In this document: one piece after another, positions 11,331 through 24,800 of the stretch | Layout: each line of letters opens with the position of its first letter | How positions within the stretch are numbered: position 1 is the first letter of the stretch | Assembly: GCA_973895155.1 (NCBI GenBank) | Contig: OZ316898.1 | Coordinates: 11,617,187-11,681,186, forward strand | Length of the DNA: 64,000 nt | Origin: Marsupella aquatica | Taxonomy: Eukaryota; Plantae; Marchantiophyta | Direction of reading: 5' to 3' | Position numbers and translations under genes: made by a program | The notes under the pieces: model-generated | The model's input: the letters and a program-made list of their open reading frames with translations, nothing else | What the model was told of the DNA's origin: nothing | The model's database searches: none

Positions 11331-14300
11331 AATAGTTAAACTATTTAGTTATCTTGTAACAAAATATAAACATAATCAATATACTTAGTGATCTAGTGAT
11401 TTCATCATAAATAATTGAATTATCATGATATTGTTGAAGAAAAATACCTGTGCGTTGCACAAAAGATGTTGTTAAGAAAAAAGATGTCGTGTTGCCCAAG
11501 ATGTTGTTATGTGAAAGATGTCATGAAATAAAAAGATGTAGTTAAGAAAAAATTAATCATTTTGCCAAAGATGCCATTATGTGAAAGATGTTAAGAAAAA
11601 AATGTCATTTTTCCAAAGATATCGTGAAGTAAACGACATATAAGAAAAAAGGTATCGTTTTACCCAAGCTGTTGTTATGTGAAAGATGCTATGAAGAAAA
11701 AAGTCAAGGAGAGAAGAAGCGAGTCAACTAAGAATCAGGGTTGTTGTGGCTCGTTGCTGTCATCACAACATGCATCCAAGGGGCGACATGGTTTTTCTGG
11801 TCCTATTCCTTTGTCGTTGTCTTTTCTTGTTTTGTTTTTGTTTTTACCCAAAATGCCCCTGCATTGAATGACAACTACTCTATAAATTGGCGCAACGTTA
11901 TATTATCAATTTCAGGTTTAGGGTTTAGCAAAGATGACCATACTGTCGCTATCCTTTCAATCCCCGTGGGTTGCATAAAAGATGTTGTTTGGTTAAAGAT
12001 GTTGTTGAGAAATAGATTGTGGTGCAAAATAAATCTTTGAATAAAAATAATAATTTGTTACTATATATTACTGCATAAGAACTTTTGTTGAGTGAAAGAT
12101 ATCATTGTGCAAAATACTGGCTAGGGTAGCCACAAAAGTTCCCTTTTTTTTCTTTTTTTCTCCTTGCACAAAAAAATTCTTGAATAAAAGATGTCATTGC
12201 ACAAAAGATTGGCTATGACAACCACAAAAGTATAACAAAATGAGAGGTATTTTTTACCTTTGCCCCCCTTTTTCTCTTCTGTTCCTTTTAAACCTTAACC
12301 TCCCCCTTTTCCCCATTTCCCTATTTTTGGTCGTCTCTTCTCCTCATTCACCATCACTCCACTTGCTCGCCGCTCCCCCCCTCCCCACCCATGCAAGATT
12401 GGAGCCCATCGAGGGGATGCCCTACATTGTGAATGTGCCCCTCGTGGGAGTATCCTCCTTGATCCTCGTGCATTGTGTTAGTCTTTCACTTTTTTGGGTG
12501 TTTAGTGTTATTATTTATTGCTTGTCTTGGACTATGGTACAACTTTTTGTGAGTCACACTAAATTCAATTCACACTTTGGCTTAATTTTTTTACCTTTGA
12601 CAATATTTTTTAATTTTTGTGCCCTGCAAATTTGAACGAAGACCACTCTAAAAAGTGGCACAACTATGTATTATAGGAGTTAATAATTAGATTTTGTACC
12701 TGGCTATTAGCAAAATATTTTAGGATACTTGTGATACCTGAAATAATTTTCCAATAAAAAGTTTAAGAATGTTCTGAGTATTTTGATGTAAGCATTGATA
12801 TTGTATTGCATGCATCATTTTTAATTTTAAAAATAAATGAAAACGGGAGAACATGCATTCCCCTCGCTACAAACCTTGAAGTACATAAGTACGGGTCCAC
12901 AGACTAATTTATTCCCTATTGTCCCTTGTGGATATGATTTGGCTATTGACTATATATCTGACTACAACAAGACGCCAGGTTGACTGGATTCTCAATTTGG
13001 GCGGCAGACAGTTGGTACAGAAAGGGCCTGTATATAAATAATTCCTATGCTATTAATTTGTTTGGTGGTCCTTATTAGAAGGTAATACCTTTCAAGTGCC
13101 ATCAAGGAAGCGCACAATTTACACATGGGGAAGGGAGTACTGCCATATATAATATCCCTGAATCTCCTCTAACAGTACTCCAAGTAGTATACAATAGATT
13201 CGATGCTTCTCAAACAACAATAATAACTATATATTGGTGTCATTTGGAAGGTAATACCTTTTCCAAAGAAAACAGGGAAATGCACGATTTAGTCATGGGA
13301 AAGGGGACTCCTACGGTACAATAAATCCCACGTTGTACTGAAGATTCTTACTTGCGTTTTGTCCTGATTGTAAATACAGTACTTCTGGGGCCACATAGAT
13401 CTCCCTTACCTGAGAGTGGCTTCACAAGACCTAGGACACTTAACCAAACTGGAGAGTCACTTCTTGGTTTTGTACAGTGAAGGGTAATAGTATTTCCCCA
13501 ATGGACCTCCAAAAGGTCCAAATAACATCTTGGAGACCAGACAGAAATTGGGGTGAGGAAATTGCCATTAAAGTTATCCCTAGTCTAAGAGGGGCAAAAC
13601 CTGGGCCAGATTCCCAACATGTGCTTTTTGATGTATCTTGGGTTCACATGTGTTAACCTAGTACTGGGGTTACAAGAAGCAGCCCAATCTCATGAAGCCG
13701 CTCACAGCAAAGCGGAGCAGCTTGCGAGCTTGGGAAGCAGCTTAATCTCAGGAAGCAACTTGCATTTGGATAATTCTTAGCAGCTTGTAGCATGGAGGGA
13801 AGAGTCTAAGCACGCAGCATGGAGGCAAAGAACATCAGGCCCTAGGCAGGGTTGCAGTAGAAATGCTGGACCTGGGGAGCAATGGGAGGGAAACGTCAGG
13901 CCTGGGCCTAACTCATGGTGAGAAGGGCCTTGCACTGTTGGGGAGACAAAAATAGGGTTTCACCCTGTTTCTTGCCCCCAGTAGTGAAAGTTTTGGCTTA
14001 GTGTAACTTACCCAAGAATTATCAGGAAAGTCATGACAAGTTGCCCTCAATCATGCACATTGCAGAAAACTTTATTCACTTCAAACAATGTGGGAGCCAC
14101 ACTTCCTTCTAAACTGTTACCCATCCTACATGGAATAGAGCGGGGTTTAAGTTCTGCATTTGCAGAACCCTCAACACTGCATTTTGACCCCTCAACACTG
14201 CATTTTGAGGGCTGATGGAACACTGCCCTAAAAGACTTGATGAGGTCAGCATGGCAGAAGAATGCCCCCAAGGTCCCGCCTTTCAAAAAAGGACTTGCTG

Positions 14301-15678
14301 GCCCGCCGTTGTGGAGCCCCTCAATCTACTTGTAGATTCAATTTTGTTTTGATCCCTCCTTTCAACCAAGAAAAACCAAAATACAAGCACGAAGAGTCAA
14401 CACAAGCCAAATGAACCGAAAGTATATAGGTGGGGCCCTTACGACTAAAAGCCCAATTAACATTGGAGTTACTAAGGGATGGAATCCTTTTTTGGCAGGC
14501 TAATAGCATTCACGAATCTATTTTCACTTAACGCATCACGTGGGCAGCTAGGGTAGGGATGAGAACCCCTCTAACTTGGAGTAGAAATCAACGAAAATGC
14601 ATGACTGTCATTTTATTTGTGTATGATGAAAAGGTCAAATTAAAGACCTTATGGACTGGCAGGTTGATTGTGGGGCTAGATGGACCGCCAAAGTTAAGGG
14701 GGGCTTTACCCATCAGTGGGGGCCATTCAGTGCCTCTCCATCCAAAGCAAAACTGATGGTCATTCCCTTACACAAAAGTTAAAATTCCTGAGCATATATG
14801 TGTCAGGTCAAAATATTCAGGAAATTATTTATTCTAATAAATATCCTGAATGCATCTGCAAAAGTAATTTGAGATTTAGTAGCTGCATGCTGGTATCTAG
14901 TCACATGCACAACCATAGTTAATCTTGTTAGGATTATTCTTTTTAACACTAATAGTTGTATCCAAATCATCTAGTGACAATGTTTGTTATAACAAGCACA
15001 TTGAGTTCACTATTTACATTCAAAGTCCTTATTTTCTCATCCTTTATGGACTCCTGTCAAGATTACGTACCTCAAAAGAAAAATGCTTTGCAAATTCTCT
15101 GGCTCCTTATGTGGCCAAGTTAGCATTTTTTTGTCATAGACACGGAAGTTTGTGTTTGTGGTAACACACAAACACAACCGTGAGTGTTTAACTGGAGGCC
15201 ACCAAAAACGGTGAACCATAAATGTTTTTGTAACAACAAACAATAATGCCAGAAAGAAACCATACGAAGAAGAGGTCTAATTTCTGCGATTAATGAATGA
15301 GATCAGATGTTGATAATTAAGTGTGATGGTGTGCACATTGAACTAGCAGACAACACTTTAAGTTCATCAAGTGTTTTTTTAGTTTTCAAGGTGTTGTTTC
15401 TGCACTACTTGGATAAGTCACCATCCTAAGTTGCATCAAAAGAGTTTTCCAGCCATAACTGCCTCATCTCCAACTGTCTGTTTGGGCTATGAGTTATTTT
15501 GTGTGGTGTTGCCTAGCTTGGGGACCTACTCACTATAAAAATTTGTAGAGAATAGAATTCCCAGAACTTTCCAATGATCCTCATCAAACCAATCAGATAA
15601 AAGAGAATAAAAATGTGGTGGGGGAAAATAAACTAAATGTATGTTGATAATTGTCAATTGACATGAATGATTTGGCGG

Positions 15679-16313
15679 ACTCATTTGTATCCACATAAAA
15701 TCTATGGAGTGCGGCTTGAATGGATCACAAGTGAAAGGTTGTGTAAGAGGCAAAAGAATGAGCACCTTTCTTTTAAACCACAACTTGCTCTATAAAAGGG
15801 GAAGTGTCCAAGACCTCCCCCTTTTTCCATATTTCAATCACTGTTCTCCTCTAGCATGCCAGTTTGCTCCAATATTTCAGGAAAAATCTCCTTTTAATGG
15901 TAACTACGGGTAACCCGTAGCTTTTGAAGGGCAGTTGTGGTTTAAGACGTATTAGAACCTTGACTAACACCACTATGAGTCAGCACAAAAATGAATCATT
16001 ATTGGACCCAATTACAAAGGGTGAGAAAATAATGAACTCTGTGTACATGTTTTAACATACTTTTTCAATAGATATGTTATAGCAAACTTTTGCCATGACC
16101 ATTGTTAGCGGGTGAGTAACTTCTTTATATAATGTTCACCATAGGTCCAACATGGGTCCACTCAGTAAGTCATTTATGCAGTAACTCATAGTGGTGTCAA
16201 TATTTTGCAAAAGAACAGTGTTTGTTATCGTTTGCCTCCTACATAGGTAGCCTTTCACTCTTGATCCATTCAAGCCACCCTCAATAATTCAATCCATGTG
16301 AATGCAAATGAGT
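15679..16313. mobile_element. Foldback / long-TIR MITE (MULE-like)
   Basis: ACTCATTTGTATCCACAT..GGCTTGAATGGATCACAAGTGAAAGG on the left pairs with CCTTTCACTCTTGATCCATTCAAGCC..ATGTGAATGCAAATGAGT on the right. Inner arms at ~15960-16010 and ~16150-16200 also pair. A partial copy lies at ~35230-35365. Confidence 0.7.
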
Positions 16314-17149
16314 ACTGTCTATGATAGTGAAAGTTGTGCATTTTGTTTTGTATTGACCCCACTAGAGGTCCCTTCCAAAATTTGAGACTCCACAGCGCGC
16401 CACATCATTGAGACGCGCTGCAAACAGGTACAGATTGGTTTACAAAATAAAATTACTTCAACATTCGTGTCTGTGACATCATTTTGGTAAAATTGAGGAC
16501 GCCATGCTGTAAATCTTGATGTAAAAATGTTTGAAAAATAACCATTTTATTTACCCTAGGTAACAGACTGTTCAATTATTAGGAGGGCCCACCTTTTTTT
16601 TTTTTTACCCTGAGTAACCGCTGCCCACCCGCATTCTGAGTTGTGTTTCAATTGAATAATAACTAAAACTCTCCTGGCAAGTTGATCTGATGACAAAGTA
16701 ATCGTGACAATTTTCTCGACCTTCTCAATCAAAACAGGTGGGGGTCCACAAACTAATTAGTGATATGCAGATGATCTTATTTTTTTGTGGCAATATAAAC
16801 AGGACATTGACTAGGAAGACTTACTGTCTGTGATAGTGAAAGTTGTGCGCATAAGGTACAAGAGTAAAAGTACACATGTAACGAAAAATAATAATGAAAA
16901 GTAAAAGTATAAGTCTATGGTATTGGGCTGTGTCCATAATGTACACAAGTAGAGATACCTATCTACTTACCTTAGGTAATGACACTCAATTAATTAAAAC
17001 CATAAATTTTGGACAAAAAACCATGAGTAGAACTTAAAGACACAAGGAGTACACTTTATTTAGATAATTTCTTCTTCACTCATGAGACAAAGGGCTAGAA
17101 ATTCCATGAGCTTTGTTAAAGGATGGTTGAACTTAAATATAGCAAAGAT

Positions 17150-17300
17150 TAAAAAATTTGGAGGGGTGGCGGAATAAATTCAAAATATAAATATACAAGG
17201 GATACACCTTGGTAAGACACATTGAAATAAAAATACATAACACAAGAAGTTTGAATAAGACAAAATATTGAAAGTTGCATTCACCATACAGCAATATAGC
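17150..17300 (-). repeat. Dispersed repeat copy 2 (family of 885-1050)
   Basis: Reverse complement reads ATTGCTGTATGGTGAATGCAACTTTCAATATTTTGTCTTATTC. Confidence 0.6.
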
Positions 17301-18942
17301 AACATCAAAAATTTTCAACCTTGAGGCTTCGAGATATAATAATTTCTGATGGATATTCTGTTGAGTACCAGCAACACTCTTTTTAATCTTAACGGAGATC
17401 AAAGGCGGATATGGTTTCACTCAGCTGTCTCTACTTGACTTGTTGGGGTTCCAATATCAGCTTGTCTTGGTTTGACTGGTCTTGGGCTGCAAAATAGCAA
17501 CATCGTTTGCCTTGGCAGGCTCGCTCTTGGATTTGGACCTGGCCGGGTTCCCAGTATCAGATTTTGGTTTGACTTTCATGGGGCCACAAATTAGCATCAT
17601 AGGCGGCTTCCTTAACCGACGCTAGCTCTTGGGTACGTTTGGACCTGGCTTCTTCACCGGGATATGAATACATTACTATGAGATGGAAGTTTGATGGGTT
17701 CATTTTTGGTGGTGGCCGGGGTGGTGGTTTGACTGCTTATTTATGTAGGCCTGTGTCTGGATGCAGGTTGTGGGGGAAGATGGCGATTTCCCAGATCTTA
17801 TTCAAGCTGGTCTTCCTGGGTTTGTTTGCTGGGATTTGGTTGCTCCTGTAGATCTTCTGCTGTTCTGGCCCTCCTTCTAGTTTACCAGGTTTTCCTTTCT
17901 CCTGGTCCCTCCTCTCGCTGATGTGCCTCCTCTCTTTTGGCCATCTGGGCGGGTTTGGCCGCAATTGATTGCTTTTCTTTCAGGCCTGGCCTGTCTCCTC
18001 CTATCAGACTTTTTTTTTTGTGTGTTCCTGGCTCCCCCTATGGAATAAAGTTGTTGGGCTTTTGCACGTTTAAAAAATTCCTAAACATTCATATCATTAG
18101 CCCCCCAAAACATTCATGATAATGATATGAATGTTTATGAATGATAGCCCAAGGTTTTGATCTAAAAATTTGGTGTGAAAAATATTCCTTGCATATTCAT
18201 GACCTTCTCAGATAAAATTGCAACTCTTTGAAAGCTGTAAATTGTGCTACTCTCCTATTCTTTATTTGTAAAAAGTATGACATGTTGATAAATTAACCTA
18301 TACTTATCAAAAACAAATACAACCTAGATTTATATACTTCTGGACATTTTACCTGTATGGTGGGATTGAATGATGTTGTCCACAAAATTGTAGCCCAAAA
18401 AAGTTTTGAAAGCCTGAAATCGTGTAATGCATTTTTCCATACGAAAAGTCAGTTCTTACGAAGCTTCCGTACAGAAGGAACGGACAATCCTAAGATAAGC
18501 TTATTATTTTTGTCTATAAATCAATGGCTATTCATAACTTGACAAAGGTCAAGCCAACCTATTCCAAGGCAAAAGGACTAACAATTGCAGAGCTACTGTA
18601 TCTCGTTTTGTATTGCTATTGTTGGGAACTAACAAATAGGCTTTATGTTGCTGATGTGTCATCAATGTATCATACAACCATTCTACAGCATGTTTTGTGA
18701 CTTTTCAGACTACGGTGTTGTGTGTGGGCTGTGGCGTTTCTAGCTTTTATATGACCACTGGCGGTTTAAGAGAATCTGAACCAGTTTTCAGACCGCTGTC
18801 AGCATCCGCCAAATTATTCAGGCCTATTCCAGACTTGAATTGTCCTGCCCTACCAAACCAGAAACTGTGTCGCACTGGTCCATGCCGCTTGTGCCTCAGG
18901 TGCGTAGATAGGAGGTATTCCATAATGCGAGCAAATAGGAAT

Positions 18943-20069
18943 AAGGCAGACCTTGCTGGGCGTATGCACGCTTTCACCCTCTCCAGCATCCTCACCGAGG
19001 CACCTGACACGGACCGAGCTCGGATTCTTTCTTCCGGAGGGAAGGGCGCAGGAGGCTGGCTTCAGGCCAATCCAGTCATTCCTCACCTGCGGATGTCTTC
19101 AGCGGAGTTTGCGACAGCCATGCGTCTTCGTATGGGCTTGCCCCACCCACTTCTTGCTGGTTTACCTCCTACTTGCACTTGTGGGAAGCCTTGCGATGCC
19201 ACAGGTGTCCATCTTCTTCGATGCAGTTTGGGCGGCGAAACCATTTTTGTTCACGACGCTGTGAGAGATGCGACTGCTCAGGTTCTCTCTGGCTCTTTGG
19301 TCTGCGCGCGGCGGGAGGTGGTGCTCGAGTTACCTGGTCCTCCATCACAGCGGTTACGGGTGGATCTTACCATGGTCCGTGACGGTCACCGTACTTTGGC
19401 AGATGTAGTGGTGGCAAACCCATTGCGCCAAGACATCATTGGGACAGCGGCAACAACGGCAGGGGCAGCAGCATCACGAGCAGCACAAACGAAGGAGGCC
19501 AAATATGCTGCACGAGCTTCATCTGATAGCTTCCTGCCCCTTGCTCTTGAGATATTTGGGCGTCTTCATCATCAGTTCGACGGGCTTCTTCGCCAAGCTG
19601 CTCGGGATGTTCACGGCCGGATGGGTCCCACCGGGCCCCCGCTATCTGTTTTGACCACGCACTTTCGCCAACGCATTTCAGTCACCTTACAGCGTGCTCA
19701 AGCTCGGGCCGTCTATCGTCGATCTCTGACAGTGGGTGCTAGTGTGACTCCGCAGCGGCTAGCCCCCCTAGAGGACATTCCTGTCCCACTTGCCGATCTA
19801 GTTTCGACACTTGATGTAGACCACTAGCTTGTAGCCACATTTGCTAGGTATGATGAGGACCTCGGTCCATTTGCGGTAGTTTTAGTTACTCTTTCTTGGT
19901 TTTTAGGGGTTTCCTTTTGCTCACTTCTTTTAGTTCCTCTTTCTTGGTTTTTAGGGTTTCCTTTTGCTCACTTCTTTTGCGTTTGGTTTTGTCCACTTGG
20001 GACCTCTCTTGTTTATTCTTTTGTACTCTATTTGGCCTTTTTCTGTATAAAGTATGTGTATATTCCCTA
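18943..20069 (+). mobile_element. 5'-truncated CRE-clade non-LTR retrotransposon (CCHC finger and restriction-like endonuclease)
   Basis: Open frame to 19827 contains AGGWL..P, CTCG...HLLRC, HDAVRD, RVDL..LADVVV, KEAKY, PLALEIFG and ISVTLQR. T-rich 3' UTR has a ~48-bp duplication. 10-bp TSD AAATAGGAAT at 18933-18942 and 20070-20079. Confidence 0.85.
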
Positions 20070-21495
20070 AAATAGGAATGGTATTCTATAATGCGAGCAA
20101 ATATGAATATTGTTAGCGAAGGGAGTATTGTTAGCGAGACACTTGTGGTTTTAAATTTCTTTTGCTTTTTGCTGCTTTTCTATTTTGTGTGTGTTTATTA
20201 TGACTCCAGATGGCTAACAGATAGCTAGCAAAAAGAGGGGTCCCCAAAATGGATGTTTTCAACAAGGTTACTGTTAGCGAGGCAATTGCATATAGAAAAA
20301 TTAGGGGTCATGTGAGGAAATTTTTTGCTCATGCGAGGAAAATTTCTACTGTTTCCTCGCACTCTACAATGACCCCGTCGATGGTAGAGTGTTAACATAT
20401 GGGGCACGTTGGAAGTTCAGTTCAGTACGTCTAGTTTCAGATGCAGAAAAGGCGTAGATTGGGTTTGACAGGCAGGAAAAAACTAGCTGGGTGCCCTCCG
20501 GATGTGCTGATGTTGGCAATTGGCATTTCCATTGTGTTATTTGACTCGAGAAGTAACTTGAATGTAAATAGAGTTATGATTCTGTCTCGGGCAGGTCAAT
20601 GTGGGGTTCAATGGGGGTGAAGCTTGCGCTTTGCCGTAGGCTCCCTTGTTGAGCTTGTAAAGCTGCTGGATGATCCAGCAAACACGTTGCATGTCATCTG
20701 ATTTGCTGTTGGCTAGTATATCAGTGAGGAGGCCATCTTCACTGCTCTTCTTGAACTTGTCTATTAAGGAAATCGCTTGGGCACGGGTGAGGTCCACTAT
20801 CATGTTGATGGGCATCTTGAAGAGCAACAGAGTAAATGATCACAACTCCACAAAGAGTGTCTTCCCAGCTCCTTAATCCCTGTCCAAGCCACAATCAGCA
20901 CAACTTGATGCAATTGTGAAACACATAGTAATCTATACAAAACATAAGGTTCTGTCAACCACCTTTACACTAATATGTAAACTAACGCTGTCTACACAAA
21001 GTTCTCACAAAACTGAAGGCGTTAGAGAATCCAAGCGTTTCTTTCAACTGGTGCTATTTCAAAAAATTCACAGTTAAATTCAAAATTAAAAAATATAATG
21101 CAAAATATTGATATATCAATGAAGAGAATTCCAAATGATCACTTATTTTACCCTATTCTATTATTTCTTTAATTCAAGTGTTACTCTTCATCATTGGGTT
21201 ATTTTTACAGGGTCTAACCATTTTTCTTTGCCATCCCACAAAGACTAATCATTAGGATGTTCTTCTTGCACAACTAGATTTTCTGGTTTGTGACCAGTGG
21301 CTGATGTGGCTCAGTATGGTGCCAAGTATTTTGGAAGGAGTTTCCCATGAGTTTGGTAACAAGAATATTGGGAAAGATCTCAATCCTTTTGTACTTGGGG
21401 GTCAAATTTCTCATAAGGAGTGGCCCTTTAATCTGCAAGAATCTTGAGAAAGATCTCAGCCCGTTGCTATTTGGAATTCAGGGCAACACTCAAAT

Positions 21496-21706
21496 TGTTG
21501 GAACTTTGTAGAAAGTTCCTGCCGTTACAAGGAAGATCTGATCTTGTCGTGTAGCGCGTATTTATCGGGCTCTCTCTCTGCTGTCGGATTTAGGGTCTCT
21601 CTCCTGGACGTTGATTCCCTTCCTTCCTGGCTGCAGCTGCCGCTACTTATTGGTTCATCGTCTCTGCACCTTTAGTTCATATTATGGTATGTTCACGTTT
21701 TCAACA
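21496..21706 (+). repeat. 5' LTR (211 bp)
   Basis: TGTTGGAAC...TTTTCAACA; 2 substitutions versus the 3' LTR. Confidence 0.97.
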
Positions 21707-21718
21707 TGGTATCAGAGC
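21707..21718 (+). promoter_or_regulatory. Primer binding site (tRNA-iMet)
   Basis: TGGTATCAGAGC immediately after the 5' LTR. Confidence 0.95.
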
Positions 21719-21878
21719 GCAGCTCTGCTCACTCTCAATAGATTAGATTAGTAGAGGCGTAGTAATCCAGGTAGAAAAGTTCCCTGGCCTCTTACTCCTG
21801 CATCTGAAGTCGCGACAGTAGTCCTGAGTGAAAGTTCCTCATAGCACAGACTGTAGCGACAGATCGTGTCATTCAGAC

Positions 21879-24800
21879 ATGGAATTGTTAAAGTGTTTTT
21901 CTGAGAGTGACAAATTAGAAGGATCCAACAATCATTTAGCGTGGACCATCCTCGTCAAGAATATGCTGAAACGTGATGAACTCTTCACTGAGCTCAACTT
22001 TGGCGTCAAGCCTGATGCCAATGGTCAAGTCCAAGATGGCGGAGCTCATCTCACTACACGTGAGATTGAAAAGAAGAAAGTACGGGCCACTTCGATTCTC
22101 GCTGCTACAGTGAAAGCAAAATACCTGCCGACAGTTGATAAGTACTCAGATGACCCAGCCAAGTGCTGGGACCACTTCCAACAACGATTTGGTGGTGCTC
22201 TTGTGCAGAGACGATTAATGCTGGAACAGAAGCTTGCAGACATTCGCATGTCTGACGGCACCTCTGTGGAAGACTTCATCAACAACGTTAACAATATTGG
22301 AAGACTTCATCAACAACGTTAACAATATTGCTGGCCAACTGAGCAGCATTGATGCTGAAGTTGCCGATGACAAACTGATTCACCTGGTCCTTCGTGGACT
22401 CCCCCCTAGCTGGGGTTCTTTCGTGTCTGTTTTTTCTTCTGACCTCTCTCGCAACCCTCCTCCTCAGTTTTCCACTCTCATTGAGCGTATGCAGGCTGAA
22501 GAACTCTGGAAGAAGAACTCTCAGCGCGAACCTGTTGAAGAGGCACTGTCGGTCACTCGGTTTACCAGACCAAATGGTCGTGGTCGTGGAAGGTTTCAGC
22601 CTTGGCCTTCCTTCTCTGACCCTCCTCGCTATCCCTCTTACTCTCGTGCTGCAGGAGGACATGGGATCCGCCGCAACACCACCTGCAACTACTACGGCAA
22701 ACCTGGACATTGGGAGGCTGACTGCGATCTCAAGAAGGTGGATGAGCAGATTGCTCAGCTACAACTTAAAGCTGCTGGCTTACGACGCTTTCGTCCTCAA
22801 GCCAACGTTGCTGAGATCTCTCATGAGGACGAAGATTTCTACGAAGAGGAAGAAGAAGAAGAAGGCGAACCCAGTAACACTGCTCTTGAAGCCAATTTCA
22901 CTGAGATTCTTCCTAGTCGCGAATCTAGTAATTGGATCTTAGACTCAGGAGCTAGTGTCCATGTCTCTGGCGACAAGTCTGTCTTCTCTGGACTAAATCC
23001 GTCTACTAGCTCAGGATCGGTCGCCACTGCAAGTGGTACCAAACTTCTTGTTGCTGGACACGGTACTGTCAACATTGATACAAATAAAACAGTCCGCAAT
23101 GTTCTCTATGTGCCCGGTCTTTGTCGTAATCTTATGTCCGTAGGTAATCTCACTGATGCTGGTCATAATGTTATGTTTAATTCCAAGTCCTGCCTTGTAT
23201 TCGACAAAGATAACCCTCACAAAATCTTTCTCCGCGGCACTAGGGACCCCGCAAATCATCTATATCGGTTAACCCAGTCTCTCCCATCTATTCCACCCTC
23301 ATCAACCTCCTCCCGCCTACTACCTCGGGTTCTATCTCAATCTGCACCTGTACTTAGTGTTGAATCTTCTCCCTCAGACTGTCCTGTCGATCTATGGCAC
23401 CGACATCTGTGTCACGTGAACTTTCAAATGGTCCACCATATGTCTCATCGCGGTCTTGCTCTCGGTCTTCCATCTTTACCGAGAGTCAAACGGTCTTGTG
23501 AAACTTGTACTGTCGCCAAACATCATCGCAACAAGACACCCAAGTCGTCTGCTACTCGTACTTCTCGCCCTTTGGAGATTATTCACTCTGACCTTTGTGG
23601 TCCTTTTCCTGTCTCCACATCTTAAAAATACATACTCACGTTTATAGATGACTTCTCTCGATTTACTTGGGTTTATTTCCTTTCTAGTAAAGCCGAAACT
23701 TTCCAACGTTTCCAGGAATTCAAGCTTCTTGTCGAGAAGCAATTCTCGCTTCCGATCTCATGTCTCCGTTCCGATCGCGGAGGTGAGTACCTATCCACCG
23801 AATTTCTTGCCTTCTGTCGACAACACGGCATCCGTTGTCAGCTGACCGTGGCTCGCACACCTCATCAGAATGGAGTGGCCGAACGAAAAAATCGTACCCT
23901 CCTTGAGGGCACCAGGAGCATTCTCCTCAGCTCTAATATTCCCATCTCCTTATGGACTGAAGCTGTTCGCACTGCTAACTATACACAAAATCATTGCGGC
24001 ACTTGGGCACTTCACCTGCAAACCCCATTCGAAGCTTTACACGGTAAGAAACCAGATCTTTCACATCTCCGTGTTATTGGCAGCCTTGCTTATGTTCTTG
24101 CCCGGGAACCTCAAATCCATGTGGTTGTTGCATATACAGCTCTTCGGTGATGGTGCCGTTGAGAAAGGCAGTGATCACGTCCATATGGTGTAGGTCCCAG
24201 CCGTTTGCCACAGCCAGAGCGATAACAGTCCGTAGGGTGGACCATTTTACAACGGGAGCAAAAGTCTCTAAATAATCAACACCATAACGTTGTTCGAGAC
24301 CACGAGCAACAAGTCGTGCCTTTAGCCTGAAGTGAGTTGGATGCAGACATGGCTTGGAGCGAAGAACCCACTTAGCAGACAAAGCACGTTTACCTGGTGG
24401 AAGTGGAACCAGATCCCATGTGCCCATCTTGATGAGCGCATCAAATTCCTCCTTCATAGCTGCTCACCATAGGGGATGGGCAAGAGCTTCGGTAACACTG
24501 ATGTCGTCAGACTCAGGTTGAGAGGATTCCACAAGGAATGTGTCAAGCTGATCAGCCCGATTGGTCATGTCATAGTCGTTATGCCAAGATGGAGGGCGTC
24601 TGACACGGAGAGAATGACGAGTGGCAGGAGCATGAGAGTCGGGGAGCTCGGTGTAGTCAGGAATCTCGATGTCAGCATCCGGAGGCACAGGCGGAACGAG
24701 CTCAACACCGTTAGGGGCAGCGACAGAGTTGTCATCAGTTGGGGCAGCAGCAGAGTTGTCGATGGTAGCTACCCCCTCTTGGTCAGGAGGACCAACAAAA

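Larger units (their letters stand above)
9752..12691 (-). mobile_element. Non-autonomous Helitron (~2.9 kb)
   Basis: Minus-strand 5' end A|TCTAATTATTAACTCCTATAATA at 12691. Minus-strand 3' end GTGCAATGCACGGG hairpin-TACTGAG-CTAG|T at 9752. Inserted between A and T with no TSD; carries internal tandem arrays. Confidence 0.65.

Noticed and set aside
583-11705. Tandem arrays as CRISPR-like repeats
   Set aside because: Units are contiguous and degenerate with no unique spacers; the context is eukaryotic and there are no cas genes.
18697-19827. 376-aa ORF as a complete host gene
   Set aside because: The first ~82 codons lie upstream of the TSD at 18933-18942. It is a chance in-frame fusion of flank with a truncated CRE element, starting at GTG.
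20537-20827. 96-aa minus-strand ORF that reads protein-like
   Set aside because: No ATG context or diagnostic motif. Possibly an L1 ORF2 tail remnant, but not supportable.
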